Of a stretch of DNA of 64,000 nucleotides, positions 1 through 7,300 are shown piece by piece. The DNA is taken from positions 19,793-83,792 of the forward strand of contig DBDU01000015.1 of assembly GCA_002293725.1 (NCBI GenBank). Direction: 5' to 3'. Positions within the stretch are counted from its first letter, which is position 1, and the number at the start of each line of letters is the position of its first letter. The DNA is from Patescibacteria group bacterium UBA924. GTDB lineage: Bacteria > Patescibacteriota > Microgenomatia > UBA1400 > PJMF01. The notes beneath the pieces were generated by a model. It was not told the origin of the DNA. It was given only the letters and a program-made list of their open reading frames with translations, and made no database searches. Both the position numbers and the translations under genes were made by a program.

Positions 1-788
1 TTTAACTCTTCCACCTCGCTTGCGTTGTCATTTAACAGCTCATGGTAGATAAATACTGGGTTTCCCTCTACAGTACCGGGATCAGTAGCTTTTTTACGAT
101 TGGGATCAGTGAACGAGCTCATGATCTGCTTACGAATGACTGCCTCATCTTCAAAGATTCCAATTGTGTTACCGAGAGATTTGCTCATCTTTCGCTGCCC
201 GTCTGTGCCAACTACTTTCCCCACTTCTTTCGAAATAAGAGGTTCTGGGAGTGGAAAAACGTCTGTTTGGTAGGCTTTATTGAAGTTCTCGGCAATATCA
301 CGGGTGAGCTCGATATGTTGACGTTGATCTTCTCCTACTGGAACACCGTAGGGTTTGTAAAGCAGAATATCTGCAGCCATCAAGATGGGATAGTTAAAAA
401 GACCCATATTAATAGACTCTTCGTTCGCATCCTTCTGTAACTTATCTTTAAATGCATGCATACGCTGCATTTGGCCATACATAACATAGTTCCCTAGAAC
501 AACCATTAACTGACTGTGTGCGGGAACGTCCGACTGACGAAAGAATACTGACTTGGCTGGATCTAAGCCTAAGGCAATGTAATCCAAGACCACGCCGGTA
601 ATATTTTTTTCTAAAGTCTCTTTGTCATGAATCGTAGTTAAGGCATGTAAGTCTGCCATGAAGTAGTAGGTTTCTGCCGTATTTTGAAGCTCTAACTGAG
701 GTTTTACGGCGCCAAAATAGTTCCCAATGTGGAGCGAGCTTCCACTGGGAGTGATACCAGACAGAATACGTTTATTTGTTTGTGTCAT
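1..788 (-). CDS. trpS: Tryptophanyl-tRNA synthetase (C-terminus lies beyond window start)
   Basis: Reverse-strand translation from ATG at 786-788 gives MTQTNKRILSGITPSGSSLHIGNYFGAV (class I HIGH motif) and a downstream KMSKSLGN motif; RBS AAAGGA 6 nt upstream; the +strand ORF 42..440 is the shadow frame. Confidence 0.85.
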   Translation of the reverse strand, partial: MTQTNKRILSGITPSGSSLHIGNYFGAVKPQLELQNTAETYYFMADLHALTTIHDKETLEKNITGVVLDYIALGLDPAKSVFFRQSDVPAHSQLMVVLGNYVMYGQMQRMHAFKDKLQKDANEESINMGLFNYPILMAADILLYKPYGVPVGEDQRQHIELTRDIAENFNKAYQTDVFPLPEPLISKEVGKVVGTDGQRKMSKSLGNTIGIFEDEAVIRKQIMSSFTDPNRKKATDPGTVEGNPVFIYHELLNDNASEVEEL

Positions 789-820
789 ATTTCCTTTATT
801 GTACTTTATATATACCTGAT

Positions 821-858
821 TTCAGGCGGAGAGGAGAAAGTTCTCCTCTCCGCCCTTC
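821..858. promoter_or_regulatory. Perfect 14-bp inverted repeat hairpin (ggcggagaggagaa-agtt-ttctcctctccgcc) between small CxxC ORF and trpS start
   Basis: Seen directly; lies 3' of the minus-strand ORF 880..1179 and ~30 nt 5' of the trpS start; no clear U-run, so terminator vs attenuator/leader element unresolved. Confidence 0.4.
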
Positions 859-879
859 GAGAAGGGTGGTGCATGCTCT

Positions 880-1179
880 TCAACTCTCTGTAGACACCGG
901 CGAGTACTCTGCACACGCGCCGCAATGGCGACAGCGCAGGATGTATCGTTTCACCACTGTGGAAAGCGATAGCCAGTGATCAGAGACATTTACATAGTCA
1001 TCGATGATCTTCTCTTCCAGATTAGAGATAGCTCGTCCCTGCTTTTTATCCAGAAGCCGATCACACTGACAGTACTGATGGTGAGGAAAGTTACTCCGTA
1101 CCTCCTCTTCTGCCAGCAGTGCAAACTGGCTGAAGAACTTCTCAATCTTGCTCAGGATGTAGCTGATGAGCTTTTTCAC
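880..1179 (-). CDS. Small hypothetical protein with CxC...CxxCxxC cysteine cluster (possible Zn-ribbon)
   Basis: GTG start preceded by strong RBS AAAGGAG at proper spacing; cysteines CQCD and CRHCGAC near C-terminus; no family recognised. Confidence 0.4.
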   Translation of the reverse strand: MKKLISYILSKIEKFFSQFALLAEEEVRSNFPHHQYCQCDRLLDKKQGRAISNLEEKIIDDYVNVSDHWLSLSTVVKRYILRCRHCGACAEYSPVSTES

Positions 1180-1343
1180 GGTTTTGCTCCTTTTAACTAG
1201 TCACACAGCTTCTTTGCACCATGCACCATACCCTCCCCTGGTAATGGCCAACTGAGATCGCTTCAGCCATTAGCAAGGAAGGATAGAATCCTTCTCTGTT
1301 AAAGAACAAAGGGAGTTGAGTAGTCTATAGATGTATGAAGTGG

Positions 1344-1367
1344 TACAAAAAAACTCCCTTTTGGGAG
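1344..1367 (-). terminator. Rho-independent terminator downstream of xerC-like gene
   Basis: Minus strand reads ctccc-aaaa-gggag followed by TTTTTTT (plus strand aaaaaaactcccttttgggag). Confidence 0.5.
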
Positions 1368-1484
1368 CCTTTAACACATGTATGCACGTTAAGTGACTCC
1401 CTTGTTAACTGAGAGAGGTCCACCAAGAAGATTGGGTGGTGTGTCGTGTCATACAGGCGTAGTATAGCAAAAAGTGCCGAACTA

Positions 1485-2360
1485 TTAAAGCTCTTCGATC
1501 CGAACTGTCGGATTCATATCTGGAGCGTCAATCAACTTGAGATACTTTTCGGTGGTGGTAATTCGTTTGTGTCCAACCAGTTGGGAAACATAGACTAAAG
1601 GAGTACCAGCCTTTAACTGCTCAATAATAAAGGTGTGACGAAGATCATTGACCTTGCCATCTTTAATACCAGCCAAGCGGAAGTAACGATCAATAGCGGT
1701 ACGAATGTTACGAACTAAGAATGGACGGCAAGTTTTAGTCAAGAAGAGTGTTTTTTCCCGAGCGCGTGGACGAACCTTCATGTACTCCATAATGGCTGTC
1801 TTGGCAGCGGCGTTTAAAGGAACTTTACGAGCTTCACGAGAGTTCTGAGGCTCGATCACAATCACGTTGTGCTCCATGTCCACTTCGCTCATCTGCAAAG
1901 CTGCTAACTCACTAATTCTCATGCCTGTTTGCAACAGTACTTCGACAATGGCATAGATACGAATGTCAGAGCGGCAGGCATCACGCAGCGCCCGATACTC
2001 CAACTTCGAGAGAACTCGAGGAGGAGCTTGATCGTACTTAGGATGAACGATGACTTCGGCAGGGTTCTCAGTTAAGAGTCCCTCATTAATCACGAAACGG
2101 AAGAATGCCTTGATGGAGTTAATCTTGCGAGAGATTGATTTGCCCGTGTAGCGCTGTTTCTTTAAGAGCTCTTTAAACTCTTCAATATCATCAGCAGTAA
2201 CTTGCTCTACCAATGTCTTCCCTTTCTCGGCAAGAAACTGGATAATCTGTTCAACGTCTTTACTATAGGCAATCACGGTCGCGTGGGCGCGGCCGGATGT
2301 CTGTAAAAAGCTGGTAAACTTATTATGCAAGTCAAGCAATGCGTTATTCATACTTCTCAC
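1485..2360 (-). CDS. Tyrosine site-specific recombinase XerC/XerD family
   Basis: 291 aa; N-terminal SAM-like core-binding domain, C-terminal catalytic region with RHTF...HKRITTTEKYLKL (R-H-R-Y signature) typical of Xer recombinases. Confidence 0.8.
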   Translation of the reverse strand: MRSMNNALLDLHNKFTSFLQTSGRAHATVIAYSKDVEQIIQFLAEKGKTLVEQVTADDIEEFKELLKKQRYTGKSISRKINSIKAFFRFVINEGLLTENPAEVIVHPKYDQAPPRVLSKLEYRALRDACRSDIRIYAIVEVLLQTGMRISELAALQMSEVDMEHNVIVIEPQNSREARKVPLNAAAKTAIMEYMKVRPRAREKTLFLTKTCRPFLVRNIRTAIDRYFRLAGIKDGKVNDLRHTFIIEQLKAGTPLVYVSQLVGHKRITTTEKYLKLIDAPDMNPTVRIEEL

Positions 2361-2453
2361 ACTTCTTACAAATTCGATTTACAGATGTATAGTAATAACT
2401 TTTTGTCTAAAATCAAAGACTTATAATATCACATTCGAGGTTTTTTCGCAATC

Positions 2454-2804
2454 ATGCGTATCCTTTACTCACCTCTGGCAGCGCTGATTATTACCGGAAT
2501 CGTCGGAGTTATTTGCGTGTCCTTATATATGAACGGTCGACGTATTCAACAATCAGCGCTCACTGTCCAAAAAATGGAAGTTGAAGTCGCTAGTATAGAG
2601 GCCAAAGTCAATCTGGTCGAGCGGAACGCACTCGAGGCAACCTCTAGTACGGCAAAAGAACGGATATTTCGCGATGAACTACTTTTGCAAAAACCTGGCG
2701 AGTTTATCGTCCAAATTCCAGATCAGCCATTGCCTTCCGTCAAGCCAACCCAAACAGTGACTTCTTTAAGACCCTGGCAGCAGTGGCAACAGCTTCTTTT
2801 TTAA
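2454..2804 (+). CDS. Septum formation initiator FtsB/DivIC/FtsL-like protein
   Basis: 116 aa, single N-terminal TM helix followed by coiled-coil and C-terminal ...RIFRDELLLQKPGEFIVQIP resembling FtsB C-terminal motif. Confidence 0.45.
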   Translation: MRILYSPLAALIITGIVGVICVSLYMNGRRIQQSALTVQKMEVEVASIEAKVNLVERNALEATSSTAKERIFRDELLLQKPGEFIVQIPDQPLPSVKPTQTVTSLRPWQQWQQLLF

Positions 2805-2887
2805 GCTCTCAAGTTCTCAGGCTTTTTTCTCTAGTAAAAAAATGTTATACTCACGCCTTGTCGCTAACGAATACATGTATTCAATCG

Positions 2888-2956
2888 CGCGGGGTAGTGT
2901 ACGGTGCACGTGGGGCTCATAATCCCACAGGCCGGGTTCGACTCCCGGCCCCGCAA
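2888..2956 (+). tRNA. tRNA with CAT anticodon, initiator-like (C1:A72 mismatch); compact D-arm
   Basis: Cloverleaf traced by hand: acceptor 2888-2894/2949-2955 (6 GC pairs plus C1.A72 mismatch), anticodon stem tgggg/tccca with loop cTCATAa, T-arm ccggg-ttcgact-cccgg; three G:C pairs in anticodon stem; no encoded CCA. Confidence 0.7.
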
Positions 2957-2964
2957 CATTTAAC

Positions 2965-2994
2965 CAAAAAACCACCTTTTTAGGTGGTTTTTTG
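2965..2994. terminator. Bidirectional intrinsic terminator (tRNA on +, SP-repeat protein gene on -)
   Basis: aaaaa-accacct-tttt-aggtggt-tttttt: 7-bp perfect stem flanked by A-run and T-run. Confidence 0.6.
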
Positions 2995-3011
2995 TACTTA
3001 TTGATCTCTAC

Positions 3012-3596
3012 TTATCCTTTTCTTTTGAATCGTGCAAAAAAGGTCGTTACTTTTACTTTTAATCTTGGATTACTCTCCACTACGAACCATCCCACTGGTG
3101 CCCCTACACCAATCAACACACCTAAAACCAAGAGTACAAGAATCGTCGGAAACTCTCTCTTTTCCCCAGTGTTTGTAGTCGGTGATGCTGAGGGTTCAGG
3201 ACTGGTGGAAGGACTAGGACTCGCCTCTGGAGATGGTGTCTGAGAAGGTGAAGGCGAAACACTTGGCGAAGGAGTCGGCCGCGGAGTTGGTCTGACTGAT
3301 GCTCTGACTGTAGGACTAGGACTCACAGCTGGACTGGGTGATGGCGAGGGTGACGGTGACGGGCTGGGTGATGGACTAGGGCTGGGACTTGGAGAAGGAC
3401 TAGGTGAAGGAGACGGAGATGGTGAAACGGAAGGCGATGGCGAGGGTGAAGGACTCGGAGAGGCTTCTGGAGAGGGAGTTTGGGCTGCCAGAGGAACCAA
3501 AAGAGCAGCTGTAATCGTCAGAAACATCCACAGAGGAAGTATCACCAAGAAGAACCGAGAACCTTTGATCATTGTTTGAACAGTATACCCTATCAA
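3012..3596 (-). CDS. Secreted (Ser-Pro)n repeat protein with C-terminal TM anchor and basic tail
   Basis: 194 aa; N-terminal signal-like hydrophobic segment, ~40 consecutive SP dipeptides, then TNTGEKREFP-hydrophobic helix-RLKVKV...KRKG; encoded by imperfect hexanucleotide DNA repeat at ~3240-3480. Confidence 0.5.
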   Translation of the reverse strand: MIGYTVQTMIKGSRFFLVILPLWMFLTITAALLVPLAAQTPSPEASPSPSPSPSPSVSPSPSPSPSPSPSPSPSPSPSPSPSPSPSPSPAVSPSPTVRASVRPTPRPTPSPSVSPSPSQTPSPEASPSPSTSPEPSASPTTNTGEKREFPTILVLLVLGVLIGVGAPVGWFVVESNPRLKVKVTTFFARFKRKG

Positions 3597-3607
3597 TTTC
3601 CGTACAC

Positions 3608-4315
3608 TTACTTCTGTAGCGACATCAAGGCATCTACAAACTGCTGTGGTTCACTAACTTCTTGTGCTTTATACACCCCCATCAATAGCTTTCGCACATT
3701 CGCACTCAGTGTGCTCTCTAAAATATAAATGGGTCGTTTTTCGTGTAAAGCGTGGTTCGCTGTACTCATAGAACCACTCTGTTCTCTCGATACACCGGAA
3801 ATTAACACTGCTTGGCTCAGACCAACGGTAATTCTGTTACGAACCAAGGGCTTTCTGATACTTTTCTGATCATCTGGGATAGGAGGATACTCAGAAACGA
3901 TCGCCGTACCTGGTTGGCGAACCTGTAACATCTGTTGAGCAATACTAAGGTTGGCGGGAGGATCCATTCGATTAATTGACGTAGGAAGTACTCCAACCGT
4001 ATGAGCGTTATTTAACGCCACACGATGACTTTGTGCGTCTACTCCTAAAGCCAAGCCCGATACGATTACTAGAGGTGTTTGAGCAGTATCTTGATAGGCA
4101 ACACACACTTTCTCTAAAAAGACGGCTAAGTGACTTAAAATTTCTGGTGGTACTTCTCGGGAACCGATACTGGCCAGATGAAAGAGCTCAGGAACAACTC
4201 CTGATCCTCGGACCCACAACGATGTAGGCGGCTGCTTAATCGTAGCTAAACGTGCGGGATACTCCCTATCTGTAGGCGTGACGTTCCGTATGCCTTCTGG
4301 AATAATCATATACAA
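3608..4315 (-). CDS. dprA: DNA processing protein DprA/Smf (short form, Rossmann domain only)
   Basis: 235 aa; IVSGLALGVDAQSHRVAL...GVLPTSIN...YPP motif pattern characteristic of DprA. Confidence 0.6.
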   Translation of the reverse strand: MYMIIPEGIRNVTPTDREYPARLATIKQPPTSLWVRGSGVVPELFHLASIGSREVPPEILSHLAVFLEKVCVAYQDTAQTPLVIVSGLALGVDAQSHRVALNNAHTVGVLPTSINRMDPPANLSIAQQMLQVRQPGTAIVSEYPPIPDDQKSIRKPLVRNRITVGLSQAVLISGVSREQSGSMSTANHALHEKRPIYILESTLSANVRKLLMGVYKAQEVSEPQQFVDALMSLQK

Positions 4316-4357
4316 ATTATATCAAAGAAGAGCTTACTCAAAACCTAGCGAGTAAAG

Positions 4358-7300
4358 TTACACAGCCGCAAATGGGTTGGTAATAGTGGTCATCTCAATC
4401 GTCAGAGGCTTTGCTCCAACCGCAGCTGTCACCATCGACATGGTACCAGCCTTTGCTTCTTTCCACACCATGTTGGGTGAGATGACGTTGATTCCGTACT
4501 TCCCTTTTGGAGCATAGAGCTCGAAGTTCCCATGTGCATCAGACTTGCTAATTGCAACGACACTTCCATCCTGACGTGTTAGCACAATCGTGGCGTTAGC
4601 TATCCCGCGTCGATCGCCATCGGCGATGATTCTTCCTTTAAGGGTCGGTTTCTTAAAGAGGCTGACTAACTTGGGCAGGAGTACTACGGCATACACAACC
4701 AGAATCAAACCATTTATCACGGTTGGGGCAATCCAAAATGCCAGGATTGAAAGTGCTGCGAGTGGATAAACTGCCCACTGTAACCAGTGTAATGTTCTGT
4801 TGAGTAACAACAGCAAGGAGTACTTCAACGAACCACCTTTATCGCCGAGTTTGTTGTCCATTGGAACCAGGACCGCTTGAGATTGTTTAGCTGAAGCAAT
4901 CCCCAACACTTCCCCTTTATAGAAGTCTTTGAAAGAAAGGTGTGCAGGTCGTTGTAGCTTAGTTGGAAAGACATGACCATCATGTCCAACTGTCATCGTA
5001 TACTCGCCTTTTGGCAAGAATGGCTCTAGGTAGACACCATACATGTCAGAAACAAGTGAGACAAATGGGGCTCCAAGTTGATTCTTTCCTTCATAGACAG
5101 AGATAGCCGCGAATGGAATTGGACTACCATTCTTTGTCTGATGGACAAAACCTTTTCGTTGTTTCGCAGGTAGCACCCCAGCCGTGCGGAATAAGTTCAG
5201 CAAAGTGCGTAGATTCAGTGCGGCCATAATTCCAGCTTGTGAAGCAACGGCGAGGGCTAACAACCCGACCACTGCGAGTTCAAGCGCTGCAGCGGCAGCT
5301 AGCCCAATTTTGGGAAGGGTTTTACTTGCTTGGATGGCACCACTAATAAGCGGGGTTGACCAAGGTAGGCGTTCTTGCAAGGCTCGTGCGATCTGCTGCA
5401 CTTCTGCTGGTGCATCTAAAACAGTGACAGTGATCTTTTTAGTGACTACCTCATCTCCTTTGCGGGCGGTAATCGTAATTACTGTTGTATCAAGAGGGAA
5501 GAACTCAAAGCTGCCATTGGGCGAGATCGTTCTTGTTTCTGGATAGTCGATAGTCACCTCATCAGCATCAGGAATGTTCCAAGAGATCTCAGCTTTTTGA
5601 CCGCGAACAATAGTTTGATCTGCTGATGAGACGATCCCAAATGAAGCTGGAACTGGCGTTGCACTAGGGTTAGCTAGGCCACCACCGGCCCCTGCTGTAG
5701 CGGAAGGATCAACTGAAGATGTCGGTGTCGCAGATGCATCTGGTGTGGGAGAAGGACTACTAGAAGTTCCTGAGCTCAACTCTCCTTCGACTTTAATTTC
5801 CAGCGATGCTACTGCTGATCCATACGGACCTGTTCCTGTAATTGTGTAAGTGGTTGTTTCAGTTGGATGCACATAGAAAGTTCCAGTTGGCGCACTCAGC
5901 TGATTATTTCCAGGGTTAATGACAAAACTAGTTAAGTTACTTGAAGCCCAGTGGAGCTCAACTATCTCTCCTTTTTGAATCTTAAACTTACTCGCTGAGA
6001 AGCCCAAGTACGGAGACGGTAAACTTGCACCGGACGTAATGGTGATCGTGCCAGATTCTTGCGTAAACGTTCCATCAGTGACTCGAATTTTAAATGTTCC
6101 CGTCTTGTTAATTTGCACACCCGAGGCTGTGCCTGTTCCATCGTTAATGGCAAGATTGGTAACATTTAAGCCATCAGTAGGGTTCCCTGTTCCAGTATCA
6201 ATCAATGTGAAAGTAACATTGCCATCATAGTTAGGATTTTTGTAGCCAAGGACATCAATGCCTTCTACGGTTACTGAAAATGAGGCGTTGGTAGTCGTAG
6301 CATTTGTAGATGGGGAAACTGATAATCCGGTAGTTGTAGTTGCCAACTCCTCTTCTGGGTAACCAGCATAGGATAAGGAGTAAGAGGTTAGTACTGGTGT
6401 GGCATTGTCTACCTCATACAGCTCAATCTTAAACTTGACTCGATAGTCACTTTGCTGCAACTGCTGCAACTGTCCCAGGGTAACTTCTTGCCACGTTACG
6501 CCGCCATCCGTCGAGACATAGTAACGAATTGGATCACCAGGTGCGGCATACGCTTGGGGAATAAGATGTTCTCCCACAGCTGCCATAAATGAGAAGTTAC
6601 TGCCACCAACTCCGCTGGCATCTGCGATTGGAGCACTAGCATTTGCTTCGGCCACAAAGTTATCTACTACTAACTGTTGAGGTGGACGGGTAGGAATCGC
6701 AACAGCCGCACCACCGTCTACCCAACCGCGTGTCATCGCGGACTTGTAAAAACCTTGATTTTTATTGACGCTATATAAGGTGCTGTAGTTATCCAGGTAT
6801 GTCCAAGCGTTACTTGGGCGGACACCCCCCGTTAAGTCAAACTCAATGAATGTATCGTCAGTTAAGTTTGTATAGGTATCGTTAAAGTTCAGATAAACTG
6901 GGATACTTCCCTCTGTATTGAGCAACAGCTGATCTCCCACTCCGTTTTGACCTTCGATGTACTGAATACCATAAATATTGCGGTAGCCAATTTGGGCAGG
7001 ATAAGCCAGCTGAACAATAGTGTCATCGTCCCAGGAGTATGGATCGTCGCCATCATCGGTGATCACGAATAAACGGCCATTTGAGTTGTTGGCTGTACCA
7101 AAGATTAAACGACCATCAGGATCAAGAATCATTCCGGTAAAGACGTTTTGGTAATCACCATCAGTCGTTACATCCACAATATCGTCACTGGGATCGGAAG
7201 GTGTATTGTTATCTCCCCAAACGTAAAAGCCATCAAAGTAGCTTCCCGCATAGACTCTGTTTTCTGCTGAATCAATCAGAGATCCCAAAAAGGATTGGGA

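Noticed and set aside
42-440. 132-aa plus-strand ORF at the window start
   Set aside because: It is the opposite-strand shadow of trpS, whose HIGH/KMSKS motifs read on the minus strand.
850-880. AGGGTGGTGCATGC resembling a T-box conserved sequence near trpS
   Set aside because: The match to AGGGTGGNACCGCG is partial and it lies on the wrong strand relative to trpS. No ~300-nt leader with a specifier loop is evident.
1200-1484. 285-bp noncoding gap as a possible ncRNA (SRP RNA, tmRNA or RNase P)
   Set aside because: I could not find the conserved SRP domain IV, tmRNA tag-reading frame or RNase P P4 motifs by eye. Only a minus-strand terminator is supported.
2783-2983. 66-aa plus-strand ORF overlapping the tRNA at 2888..2956
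   Set aside because: The region folds into a convincing tRNA cloverleaf followed by a terminator, so the ORF is spurious.
1485-2994. Tyrosine recombinase adjacent to a tRNA gene and terminator: a possible integrated element or genomic island boundary
   Set aside because: The recombinase has the full XerC/XerD signature and lies 5' of the tRNA rather than inside an element inserted at its 3' end. No direct repeat of the tRNA 3' end is visible downstream, and neighbouring genes (ftsB-like, dprA) are chromosomal. It is most likely a chromosomal Xer.
3240-3480. Hexanucleotide tandem repeat as a possible CRISPR array or noncoding satellite
   Set aside because: The repeats are imperfect 6-mers without spacers, and they are the coding repeat for the (SP)n protein on the minus strand.
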